Source: Lama glama (lineage: Eukaryota). From it: a DNA stretch of 64,000 nt. Both the position numbers and the translations under genes were made by a program. The stretch spans positions 57,414,001 to 57,478,000 of the forward strand of contig CM052817.1 in the NCBI GenBank assembly GCA_028534125.1. The letters are read 5' to 3'. Below are positions 1-12,639 of this stretch, in pieces. The notes beneath the pieces were generated by a model. That model did no database searches, was not told the DNA's origin, and saw only the letters and a list, made by a program, of their open reading frames with translations. The stretch's first letter is position 1. Each line of letters starts with the position of its first letter.

Positions 1-320
1 TCAGTGGAGACTAGAGTCGTCTGAAGGTTTGAGGCTGAAGGATCTGTTTCCAGACGACTCACTCACATGACTCTGTCATGAGGACTTAGTTCCTCATCAT
101 GTGGACCTCTCCATTGGGCTGCTTGAGCATCCTGACGACCTGGCACCTGGCTCCTCCCAGAGCAAGTGATCTAAGAAAAAGCAAGAAGGAAGCTGCAATG
201 CCTTTAATGACCTAGTGACCTAGTGTCAGAATTCACACATTGTCATTTCCATGCATTCTGTTCATTTAAAAGGGAGTCACTAAGTCTAGCCCACATTCAA
301 GGGGAGCAGAATTAGCACCT
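1..320. mobile_element. MaLR (MLT1-like) LTR fragment
   Basis: Motifs typical of old MLT1 LTRs (gtcgtctgaaggtttgaggctgaagg, ggaagctgcaatgcctttaatgacctag, cacattcaaggggagcagaattag); recognised by eye. Confidence 0.6.
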
Positions 321-2384
321 AAAAAGGGAGGATTTGATAAGGGGTTGGGAGACCTGTGTAGCAGAGGGGATGAATAGGACCTGGACCAGATACTCTAGTG
401 ACGCTGGGAGACAGAGAGAAAGAGAATGTGGGCACAAACTCACATCTGTGGCTGGCGTGGGGGCTGGTGCAGGGGTGGGGAGGGAGGGAGCCAGGGGAAC
501 AACTGGCCAGCCAAAGCAGAGAAGTGATACAGATAAGAGCAGTGGCTTTGACCGTAAACAAGGGCAGACGCCCCAGGCCAGCCCAGGAGCTTGGCCACTC
601 CTGGAGGGGGAAGTACCTTCTTCTGATACGACTTTCTCGTGCTACTGCTGAACTTGAACAGCGCCGTCAGGCCCTCTTCTCCACTTGAGATGCTTCTTCA
701 GCTCAGCGAGGAGCTGGCTCCGACCCAGACTCCATGTAGGACGAGGGCTAACATCTTGGTGCTGTTTGCCTCTGCAGTTGCCCCTTTGAACGTGTCCATC
801 TGTTGGCATTTTCAGAAATCCATGCTTTAAGAGTGAGCCCTGTTCTGTTTTCATCGTGGAGTTAGATTCCAGGGCCTCTGTGTTCTCCAAAGCCTCTTCC
901 CGAAACTAAACTTCTGTTTACTTCCTAAATTGCCCTCTAACCTCCTTAGACTGAGTTGATTTGTCTTCGTGGAAGAATCAGTCTTGAACTCATCTCTTTG
1001 GCTCCAGCTTTCTTGGCAGAGAACACAGGAAGATCATATTTTGCTTATGTGTGTGTTCAGGGAGAATTTCTTTCTTTGTTTTTCTGTCTCAGCCACAACC
1101 CATGGGCAAGCCGGCACCTGGGACCTTGACAAGCCTCCATGCGTGTGTGAGTGCATGGGCTCAGGTCACATGGGGAGTCCTACCCAGTATCATTTGTCAT
1201 GTTCTCAAATTCCAGAGCAGCCGGCAGTTTCCCAAGTCCCAGTCTCAGGGAAGCTGGGGGAATTACTTTCCTGGAGCCAGCTTTATCTTATTGTCCCTGT
1301 TCCATTCATGCAAATTGGAAATACGCCCATAACTAAACTGTGTGCCGCCCCTCTGACAAGGAAAGGCTGCTGTTCAAGCTTAATGCTTTTGCTCAGCGCC
1401 TTTCTAATCTCTCAGCTTCACACTGTTTAAATGGCGGCCAGCTGAATGAGAACAGATCGTGTTTTTTCTGATGATTAATGACGTACAATGAATTCATATA
1501 GTCTAGTTCCATTTCTGCCCACATCCAGGAATGTGTTTAGGCAAATATTTAACCCCCACCAAGCCTCATTTATAAAATGAGAATTTGGACAAGATGGATC
1601 TTAGGGTCCTTCTGCATCTAAAAGTCACTGGCTATGTGATGATTTAAGAACATGAAAGAATTACAAGGGTAGGATTTATTTACCACAAGAGGAGAGTCTC
1701 AGTACTGGCTCCTGTCAAGGCCCCCTGGAGAGAGCCCGTCCCTCAGCTGGAGGATTTCCTCTGCCTGTGGAGTCAGCAGCTCTCTCTCACATTTGGAAAC
1801 AGACTTTTAAGTTGACCCTTTTCACTTAAAACCTCATATAAATGTGTTTAGCATCTTTGGGGAACGGGTTTATGCTTTGCTGGTTGTTTCTTTTAAATTC
1901 ATCTTTTCCAATACACTGTTATTGCTTGTCAACACAGACTTGCCCTTTTGCACTTTTAAATAGTTGCCCCAAACTTCACTCCGGTTTCTCCCACTAAAAT
2001 TCTGACCAGTGACCCCACAACTTTTAAATCTTATAAATTGAGTAATAAGGCAGCATTTTGCTGTAGAGTCAGCCTTTACCTTTTTTCTCCTGGGTTTTAT
2101 CTAAATTTTTTAATGAGATTGCTACTTTTTTAAAATAGATTTTTAACATATGATCTATGTGAATGTAAGCATAAAAATACAGAATCAGCCACTCTGGCCA
2201 TTTTATTGCTCTGGTTGAGTAGCTGGGTCAGGAACATAAGCAGGGTGTCCCTAAACAGTGGTCTATTTGTACCTTTGAACAGCTGAGGACCAATTTTTAA
2301 GTAGCCACAGTTAATAAAAATCTCTGCCCAAATGCTAAAACACGCCCTTGTACAAACTCTGCAATAAAAGTAGTTATAGCTAAT

Positions 2385-2525
2385 GGGGGGAGGGCATAGC
2401 TCAGTGGTGGAACGCTGCGTGTAGCATTAGCATGCACGAGGTCCTGAGTTCAATCCCCAGTCCCTCTGTTAAAAATAAATAAATAAACTTAATTATCCCC
2501 TCCCCCAAAGTAAATGAAGTTAAAA
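2385..2525 (+). mobile_element. tRNA-Ala-derived SINE (camelid Vic-1-like)
   Basis: ggggagggcatagctcagtggtgg...gaggtcctgagttcaatccccagt head with A/B boxes, aaataaataaa...taattatcccctccccc body, A-rich tail; imperfect TSD aagtagttatagcta / aagtatttataacta. Confidence 0.85.
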
Positions 2526-2689
2526 AAATTTTTTTAAGTATTTATAACTAGCTTGCCCCCCCCACCAAGCCTTTTTAATAATCAACAACAAAGAAAGCCA
2601 CTCTCCTGGAGTGGTTCCTGAAGTCTTGCTACTTAAACCTTGACGTGAAAGTACCAAACCTGGTGTATATTTTGGTAATGGCATCAGTT

Positions 2690-3160
2690 CACTCAGCTAC
2701 TCGGGTTTGTTGATCCCTACTCAGTGCTGGGCATTGGGATACAGAAAAGAACGAGAGAGAAGAAGTTGGCACATTCTTACCAGCACTGAGCCTGCAGTCT
2801 AACCCATGGGACGCGCAGACACAGTCACAGTGCTCTGAGAAAATGCTGTTAAGAGGGTAAGAGGGTAATTCTAAATGGGGGAGAAGGTTAGGGGAGAAGA
2901 GGAGGGTCAAGGGAGGTTTGTCAAACAAAAAGATAACTAAACTGAGATCTAAAGGATATCTCGGGGTTAATCAGGCAAAGATGAGGAAGAAAGGGAAGCA
3001 GGGGGAATGTTCTAGAAAAACGAATGGTATTCACAAAGGCTGGGGGCCAGGGAGAGCAGGACACATTTGAGGAACACAGAAGTTCATTATGGTGGGAGCT
3101 CAGAGCTCAGGAGGGATGTTGACATGAGGCTGGAAACATACTTAGGACCAGATCTTATTT
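2690..3160. mobile_element. L2 LINE fragment
   Basis: L2-like 3' motifs (cactcagc...tcagtgctgggcattgggatacag) followed by a purine-rich L2-like body. Confidence 0.45.
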
Positions 3161-4014
3161 ATTCTGGATATTGTAGTTTAGATAAATGTATTCGCTTAGG
3201 ACTCTTACCCCCTTTCTGGCAGTTACATTTTTTCTCAAGGTGAAGATGTAAATCTGAAGCCTATCTAATTCCAAAGAGGAAACACTTGCACTAATATATG
3301 GATTGCTTGGCTCTGCCCAGGAATGTTTACTGGCTGTTACCATTGACTTTTATAGTTCTCATAGGATTCTTGTCTATATAAGGTACTTTCCAGGAAGATG
3401 GCATCTTCCTGATGATTTGCAAAAGAAAACATGAAGCATATTTTCAGATATGGATTTTCACATTAACTATTCATTGAAACTGTTAAAGTCTAATGAAAGG
3501 GGCTGAAGTTCCCAGATTGTTTTGTTCTAAGATGTGGGTAGGGCTCTCATCATACAGTCGCAGTGGGGTTAACATCTGCCCAGCATTCAGTATAAGGAGG
3601 GTAATTCTCGCCTATTTGGGGTTGCAAGTGCAAACTGCTTACCCAGAGCTACTCAGATACTACTTCTGAAACATTTCAGGCCAGAGTGTGAATGTTGAGA
3701 CGTGACCTCTATTTATGATTCTCACAACTGTGTAATCTTTTCTCTGAAATACCTCAGTATTTTTATTCTCCTGTTTTTCTTTCCTTTGTGATAGCTTGTA
3801 AACAGAGCTAATCTCCTTGGCTTGACATCGAAAACCTCTGCAATCTAGTCTGGCTTCTAGTTCTCAAGATTTCTTTTCCTCTCTCGAAATACCTCACCCC
3901 CCAACAAAACAAAGCAAGATGGACCACTTCAGCCATACCGGGTTGTGCACAGAGGCACCACAGGAGCCTCGGGGAAGCTCTGGGTTTGGATGCAGAGAAC
4001 ATAGATTAGTGTCC

Positions 4015-4155
4015 TGGGCACAGCACTCCCAGGCTGGTGACTTTGCACAAGACACTTAACCTTCCCGAACCTCAGAGTCTTTATCTGTAAAATGACGAGC
4101 TTAGCTGACAAGATTGCTGGGAAAATCAAAATGAAGTAATGGACATAAAAACTCT
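4015..4155 (+). mobile_element. MIR SINE
   Basis: MIR core: gtgactttgcacaagacacttaaccttcccgaacctcagagtctttatctgtaaaatg. Confidence 0.7.
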
Positions 4156-7100
4156 CTGTGGGCTGTTAAGCCCAAAACCAGTAGAAAGTGAAGCTCACTT
4201 CCTTGCCCAGGCTGATCCCCTTGCTGGAAATTTCCTTCCCAACCCCACCCACTGTCTTTAGCTGTGAAATCCCTTTTCCTCTTCCATGAATTCAGTTCTG
4301 ACTATACAGTCAGAATATTTTTTATATTTATATTAACATCATAAGAACAGTCACACTCCATCCATATTATAATTGCTAATATGCTTGTCTACACTTTGTG
4401 GATTGTAAATCCATGTCGGGTAGGAGTCCAAACCCATCAATTTTCCATCCCTCATGTCACCCAGCACAGCACTTAGTTCACGGAGGACCGGAATGAATGA
4501 ATCCGCTCCGTGTTTTTACCTGCTGAGTGCCACGCAGTGCTGAAATTTGATTATCATTGTGAATCTTTCTCAACGTTTATACCTTTTTCTATAGGGATTT
4601 TGCATTTAAGGAATAAACTCATTGAAGCGATAGTAGAAGTTAGTGCTCTAATTGCAGGGAATGAGTATTGATGATGAAGAGATGACATTTTTCTTTTGAT
4701 ATCCCCTAATTTGTAGGAATTTTAAACCTTTGGAGAGCCCAGTTTTACGTCTGAGGATCAGTATGTTCCAGAAAGATCCATTCTTTAATCATTTTCTGGG
4801 CATGTTGTATGACATTGGAAAAGCTATGTAGTGCTGACACTGGAATATTTGTGGATTTGTTATTCCTCATTATTATTGTGTAGGTTAAAATGCTGCTTAC
4901 TTATTTTTTTGAAACTTGCTCTGAACTGTCCGTGGAGGAGATCATGCTCCAGGCTGTCAGCTCCAGAGATCATGACCCTCTGTTTTCACAGAGGCCAAGC
5001 TCCCATGGGTGCGTGGGTGGAGGCAGGCTCCGTGATTACCAACGTCATACTTGTCCCAAGGGTCCTGTCTTATTTCATCTACTAGAGTCTACTTTGAGTT
5101 TTCTTCTCTTCAAGTGTCAGTTTAACTGATTTACAGGCTCGGAGACCATCATCCTTTCCCATGGACTCGCTAAGCGTGGGCTGCTTTGCCACCTCTCCGC
5201 CTTGCTACAAGCAGAACAAGCACCCTCCCCCTCTTGACCAGGCCTCATCTTTGAAGCCCCCAGCTTCCTGCAGAGGTCACACGTTTGCTAGAGATTCCCT
5301 GAGAGTATACCCAAAAGGCAAGGACTGAGGAGGCATAAAAGGCAGCCTCCACATCAATTTCAGGAAGCTCGAGGACATTTTCTTCCCCAAGTTTCTAAAG
5401 AAAAAGTTTCCTACTTTTATGCACAGCTGCTCTGAAGAGGTGCCAAGTCTGAAGTCCCAGCTGCTGCACTGTGAGGAAATTATTTTCTTTACTTAAACAA
5501 AAGAAGAAAATCTCCAAGGCTGGAGCCCATGGCTGCTAGAGGGAACACCTGCAGAGGGCAGGGACGTTTCTGTGACAGGTCCCATAGGGTACTTTGCATG
5601 TAGCTGCTCCCAGGCCTTGTAAAGATGCAAACTCTTCACCTCCAAAACCCAGTCTCCTACTGGCTGTGCCTCTGGCAAGGGTGGGCAGTGACTTGTGGGG
5701 AGAGCTTCTTCCTGAGACAAGGGAGCTGCAAACACTCATGTTTTTCTTATAAAACCAGTCTTTGTGATGTGCTGCAGTGGTTATGGTCAGCACTGCGGGC
5801 TAGAGCCCGGGCCTGGCCTCTGTCCGGTCTTCCCTGGATTTTTGGTACTTCACTGAGGACTGACCATTGCGCTCTAGTGACTGCTCAGATGATGGTTGGG
5901 GGCCAATGATGTTCACTCTTTAGAACTACCCAGGTCCTCATCACTGTCCTTGGTTTAAAAGACCAAAGATGTGAAGGGGAGGCAGCAGGCTCCAACTGAG
6001 GGTCCAGGATCAGAGACGACCCTTCAGAAACGTCTGTTCCCTGCCCTCCCCTCCCCGCTCCCATGGGCACAGGTTCTAGGCTGTGAAGCTCCTATCACTT
6101 ACAGATGTCTGTGTACTGACAGGCCGGGCCAGCTGGGGTAAGACTGTCTCTACATGTTGGATGTACACAACTTTTTCAGTCTATAAGGCAAATTCAGTTC
6201 TGAAAACTCGGTGGCTAGTATTTAATGCTGATCTACTGCTATGAAGTATTCTATACACGACTTCAGAGACTTCTGTACTAAGGGATACCCTCCCTCCAGT
6301 GTCTAGCGTCCAGTTCCAGCCCGAGAGAGTGGGGCAGATTTGCATATTTAATTTTGTGTGTTCTGTAGACTTACATGTCCAGAATCCCATTTAAGGTTTT
6401 AGGATGCCTTCAATACGTGCTTCTTGAAATTAAAAATATTTCTTATTAAAAAACCCCCCCCAAAACCCAATCTACTATTGAAACCATGAAAACCCCTTTC
6501 TTTGTTTTCTTCCTGCATTGTAAAATGAATTAACAACTCAAGGAAAACAAAACTCAAAAAAAAGAAAAGTACTAATTATAGAAAACTAATCACTATCTGA
6601 AAATAATCAAAATGCCAAAGTAAAGCTGTCTAGTCCCATAAATACCAGTAAGAGCAGGAAAGAATGTTCTCACGCCCCCAGGGTCCCTCACTCTAGGGTG
6701 ACAGCTCCCCTGTGCATTGGCGTAGCTTTCCTTTACCTGGTCCCCATTTTTCATAGCTCACACCCAGCAGAGTGGGCTCCAGGTCATTCCCCAGCCTGTT
6801 AAGAGTAAGCGTGACTTGCCTCACTAATGAAAATACAAAACCCTTATTTGGAGTCTCCCGGTTCCCACAGAGAGGTGCTCCTGCCCTGTGCTCAGACATG
6901 CCCATTTCCCTGGATTTTCAGAGCAGTGTTACTTGGCACTTCTGAGCCTCCTTGAACAACCTAGCTCTTCCAAGCTCAGATGGTCCACTGCACCCACATC
7001 TAGCACCTGCTGTGGAGTGAATTTCCTTCCAGCACTCAGAGAGGATGTCTTAAATTTGTACTGGAACACACAGTTCAAGTACACAGTAGCAAATGTTGTA

Positions 7101-8139
7101 AGTACCCAAGACACATACAAGAAGAATTAGCCCACAAGATAAGAGGAGTGTCTGTTCTAGTTTGAGCCTTGGGGAATGTGCTGGAAAATGCAGAACATGG
7201 GAGAAGTGACGCTAAATCCCACTAGGAAGAGGGGAGGAAATCTGAGAACACTCAGCAAAGCAGAGATAAACAAAGGATGAGACTTGGGGTAAATAGCTGA
7301 GAGCTTTCAAGTCTGCAGATCACAGAGGGGTACAGAAAATAACCAGAGGGCACAAGTGAAGGAGGGAAAACCACCGAGGAGAACAGGGGGAGCTGTTATG
7401 CGTGGCTGATTCATGTCTGGGGCTGTCCGCCAAGGGGGCGGCTGTAACCAAGTGAATTCCAAGTGAAAAGAGCTGGGGCCTGGCGGGCAGAGACATCTTA
7501 AGCACAGATGCCAGGCACAAGCACGCCCTGCGCACAGCAGCCCGAGGGGGCTGGCGCCTCACTCACAGACCCCTGGGGTTTTGCCCGGCTCCAGGTCCTC
7601 TTAAAGCTGGCTCAAACTTGTCTTAACAGAGAGGCGATCTGACTCTAAATAAGTGAAGGCAATGGGTCCAGATTTCGTGGGGTTTTCACTGGGACCCACA
7701 GACCCCAGCTGCAGAGCCCCATCTCTGGCGCTCAGGAGGGTAGGAGTTCGAGGACAGGAGAGGGTTAAGGATAAGAATCAAATGCTGTTTTAGGAAAATG
7801 GAGACCCGCGCAGAAAGAGAACTGCTGGAACTCTGAGAGCAGGCCATTTGAAGCTGCTGACAAAGGAGGGAAGTCGGACACTGCCCACTGTCCCCCAAGA
7901 GCTAGAGCAGTAATAGTAACAGTGAGGAGGCGTTGCTACGCTTCCCCCTTCGCTCCAGCTCCTGGGGCTGTCCTCTCTTCTCCTTGAGTACTTGCATCTG
8001 CTAGGTATCCTCAGCCTCTCCTTGAAAAGACTTGGGGGCATTATTTCTCCAAATCTCTCTCCTCTTCTCTCTTTCCACCTTCATGCCCTCCTCATCACCT
8101 GAGTTATCTCCTACTCTGAAGCCACTTTTTTATTGAGTG

Positions 8140-8281
8140 GTTTTACTTGGGGAGTTTAAAAAATATTCCAGCACCAGACCCCACACCCAGACTGATGAGA
8201 AACTCTGGGAGTGCAGCCCAGGCATGGGTACTAAACACTCCCGGAGGAGCCCAGTGTGCAGCCAGGATTGGCAACCACTGC
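8140..8281. mobile_element. MER5-like hAT DNA transposon relic
   Basis: ccccacacccagactga...aaactctgggagtg...gcagccaggattggcaaccactg resembles the MER5 consensus end. Confidence 0.55.
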
Positions 8282-11002
8282 GAGACAGAATCCTCCTGCG
8301 TGGCGGGAGCTTGCCCCGTCGGCTGTGTGTCTGGTGCCTGTTATTCTTGCAGACGCCCCTCCGTGAGATCTTTTCCAACCTGCATAACCTCCCAGAGACT
8401 GGAAAAATCTCCTCTTTCCGATAGCTCCTAGTCTCAAAGGGGGACCCTGTACTGCACTGTCAGTTCCCACAGGCTGCTTCCGGAGCGGGCAGCCTGGCCT
8501 GAGGGATTTACTGGGTCTCCTGTAGTGTAAATCTCTTCTTTGGAGAGAGTGGAGTTGAGGGCTTATCTAGTTCTCAAGGAGCCGAAGAACTTTAGTCTTC
8601 TAAAGACCCTGGGTGGATGGAAGCTCCCTGGTACCCAGGCTGTCTAGTGGACAAGGAACAGCAGAAGTGGCCTCCCAGGGCCTCCTGGGAGCTCAGGCCT
8701 CAGCCTTCTTCACCGTTCCGAAATGTTCTAGGCACTAGGCTTAGCAAGTCCAACCCTCCTGAATTTGAAGGACACTGGGGAGTCCGTCACATCCTTCCCC
8801 TCAGGGGCAGCGTTCAAGAACATCTCTTTCTTGGGAACTGCCCAGGCTGCAACTCCTATTAGTCAGCTCAGGGCCTGTGGACAGAGACTAAACGCTGAGG
8901 GTGGGTGAGCCTTCAGGCTCCGGAAGACTTCCCCTTATAGCTCACGGCTCGGTTCAGAAAACACTTCTCTGATGCCTGACGATGTCAAGTAGTGGGTGTG
9001 TATGTCAGGGAGGCAGAGACTCAAAGATGAAGCGTCCTGGGGGAACTCACTCTCTGGGTTTCTAGGAAGCCCAGAATCAGGTGGCAGTAAGGTGCCTTCC
9101 TGTGGAAAATTCTCCACCCAGTTCTGTGCTTGCAGAATGGGAAAAAGTGACCTAAATTTTTAATAGGTTGGATTTAAGGTGAGTCATAGTCCAGATAGGA
9201 CAGGCTCATGAAATGTGGGGGTGGGGGGTATTTCCAAGGTTCTATTAGCATGACCAAGACACACCTACTTAACTAGGCAGTTTTCCCTCATAAAGGTACT
9301 CTGTGTAGTCAGTTCTTCCATATGCTCAAACCAAATGAAAATGTAGCCCACTAATTTAATTTGCGTGGACATCAATCTGGTGAGATGATGGTAGTTTCGG
9401 TGTTCCAGCTTCCATGGGAGCGCTGCCGAGGACATGAGCTCACCCCTTGGCGGTGTTGCTGACACAGCCCCAGGTTAGCTCATCCGCCACACAGCGACCA
9501 GTGATGTCTCCACTTACACACCTGAACTTGGCTTTAAATCCTTCATGGATTTACTTTACCTAATGCAGGGTTCCTCCAAGGATGACTCCAGACCATATGT
9601 ACCAGAATCACCAGTGGGCAGGAACCTCAGACTGGAGTCAGACCCTTGGTTATTATCCTGTTCATCTTGTGCTGGACCCATATAAGTTAGGGGAGAAGAG
9701 GAAGAGGATATTGTCAAATAAGAAATTTGTTTGCAAGCCACTAATTGTAAGAAGCAGCTTTCTGTTTATGACCCATGATCAGTTCAAATTCATGGTGATA
9801 ATTTTGAGACTTTGCAAGATTCACAGTCATCATAGAAAGACATCTGAAGACTGTGATGTCTATTACAGGAAAAACATAGACCAATACACTCTAGGAAGAT
9901 TTTCAGCATCAAAGGCTGGAGCCAAAAGGGTGTCTCATTAACCCAGAGGTAACTAGGAGTCAGCCAGGAAATGTAATTCATAGGATCTCTATGTGCCGTC
10001 ACCAGGGCTGTGTCATACAGGACAGCCTGCTTTCACCAGCCAGCAGATAAGTGGCTGGTGGCTAAGCAGTGTCTAGCGGTGTGCTCCTCTGCTTTACCAG
10101 CCATGGGGTGGGAATGGGCCAGGTGTCAGCAGCAAGCTGATGGTATTCTCTCCAGAGAAGCTGTCTGTGGGGATAGTGAGCCAAAGCTGTCTTCCTTTCA
10201 TACCAAGGAGCCCACGCAGACTTCCCAGGGTGAACGTGTAAACTAGGCAGTGTTTACCCTGGAGCACTGGTCCCCAGTCTGCTTCCTTTCTCTCTGTGTG
10301 GTTCAGCACCTCCTCACTGCCCAGGATGATACCTCAAATTTAGCAGATCTAATCCTAAATCCATCCTTTCCCCTGTCTCTAGTCCCATGCCTTCCTCAGG
10401 CTGACACCCTGGCCTTTATTCACCGTGAAGCAGCCTCCTCTGACCCAGCCCACAGCTCCTGCCTCATTCCTGCTTTCCCGCAGCCAGTCACTTCCTGTGT
10501 AGTGCTGGTCCTTCCTGAGTAATCGCTCAAGTCTGCCCCTTTCCCCTCTGTTCCCAGTGCTGCAACCTGGAGTTAGGCTCCTAGTCTCAATCCTGCTACA
10601 GAGGCCTTTGAAATCATCTCCTGAAATGCCACTTGAATCATGTCTCTCCAACATTCAGAGACACATTGGACCATACGGCCCCATCTCCTCCACCTTCCAC
10701 TGTCTGTGCCCCACACCCGAGTCGCAGCTCCTCCCTTTTTCTGCAGCGCTCTCCCCGAGCCGGACCTGGGTGCTCACTGTTCCACCAGCCAGCTAGTGTT
10801 TTCATGCATCCACACCTCTGCTCAGGCAGGTCTCTAAAGGTGAAAACGTTCCTTGAGAGAAGCCTACTCCTGAACTTCAGGGCCTTCTCAGATGCCAGCT
10901 CCCTTCCCCAGCCACCCCAGGCCCAAGTGACATGTTGTCTCCACTCTCTGAAGAAGCAATTTGTATCAACTCTAGTCACAAGGAATTGACTTTGAAATAA
11001 AA

Positions 11003-11225
11003 GCAATAGCTAACACTTACTGAGTGTTTACCCCATGCCAGGTACTGTACTAATTGCTGTATCTTGTTTGATCTTTCTGATAATCTGATGGCTTAGATAT
11101 TATCCCATTTAACAGGTGAATAAACTGAGAGAAGTTAAATAACTTGTTCAGTGTCACATAACTCAGAAGTGGTAGAGCAGAATTCCTGGTTCCAAAGTTC
11201 ATGCTCCAAACTCATGAGTCTATTA
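11003..11225 (-). mobile_element. MIR SINE
   Basis: aatagctaacacttactgagtgttt...tattatcccatttaacaggtgaataaactgagagaagttaaataacttg. Confidence 0.75.
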
Positions 11226-12613
11226 CCTCCCTAGCATTTTGTTCTCAGTCTAAACATGTTAAAACTCCTCCACCCCATCTCAATATATTATATGTGAAGA
11301 GGAAGCAATTCTTACATACCTTTGCCCCCAGCAATGTTTGGGAGGGCCCCATCATTAAAAACTTTTTGGTTTTCACTCACACTGAAGTGTAAATGACCTA
11401 CAGTGGCTGCAGTAACCAGATGACTTTGTCTTAAACTAAAACCCTGAAATTAAGTCTGGCCTGTACTGCTTAAGATTTAGTACTTGTTTCCCCTGCCCTT
11501 ACTGTCCTCAGCTGATACCCTTGAGACTGTGTGCTGGATTTCCATACCAAGGGTCAGCTGCTCCATCAGCCCGCCTTCAGGAGTTCCCGAAATGACTTGC
11601 CTTGGCAGATGGCTCTGCCCTTTAATTAGCCATACAGTTACTGTTTCCCCTTATTTAATATCAGGAAGTTTCCTCGTGTTTCATCCCCTTCCCCTTCTTG
11701 GCCAAAGTGCCTTCCTACTATTCTTTTCCCATTTTGTACTTTTGTTTGGTGCTTTTCCCTTCAGTGTGTTATCGGAATCTAATCTGGGGATTTTTGCCAA
11801 GTTGTCTGAACTCTTCATCACCATATGTGGTGTCTTACTTGGTTCATAGGCCCTCCTTTTTTGGTATGAATGCACACACTCTTATGAACTATTTTCGGGC
11901 CCAGAATCATTAAGAGACAAAAGAAGTATGGTTTGCAAATCTGTCATAACTTGGAGAAGTCTTTATACTCAGCTATCTTGGCCATGCTAATAAGTACTCA
12001 ATGAGACCTACAATGTGAAAAATGTAACGAGCATATTGCAGAAACCCTGTTTTTGATGTGAGGATGACTGATGATCCTTTCCCCACAGCAGATCTGCCCT
12101 CCTCAATGGGATTTTCTTGGCTAATATATATTTAAATTATTTTACATCCCTGATTTTATACAGATTGATTGGCAGATATGCAGTAGCCAGGAAATACTGT
12201 TTATGGCAAGAGAAAGTCAAATGGAAGATTAAAGAAAATCACAACGAATAATCTTCCAGCTAATAAATAAGTGACTGTGACACCACTTTGGTTAGGTACC
12301 TTGGCAATGTGTGCACTGGTATATTTTCAAGATAGAGGCGATCTTCTCAGTTCCATATGACTAATCATGTTATGTTCTGAATTTACTGCTGCCCTTTTTC
12401 CACTACAAACAATCTGGGCTGTCCCTCTTCTAATGAACATGAGAACATCTGATTCTAGAGTTTTTTGCTCAGTTCTAGCTCCATCAGGACACTGGCATCT
12501 TCACTTAGCCCTGCTGGAGAAAGCATTAGAGAATAAAGACGCACTAAGCTGTGTGGCACTAACTCTGGACCCAACAAGATTTCAGAGAAAAAATAAGTGG
12601 GAACTGGAGCTGT

Positions 12614-12639
12614 AAAAAAAAAAAAAAAAAAAAAAAAAA
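12614..12639 (+). repeat. poly(A) homopolymer (A26)
   Basis: Direct read of the sequence. Confidence 0.95.
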
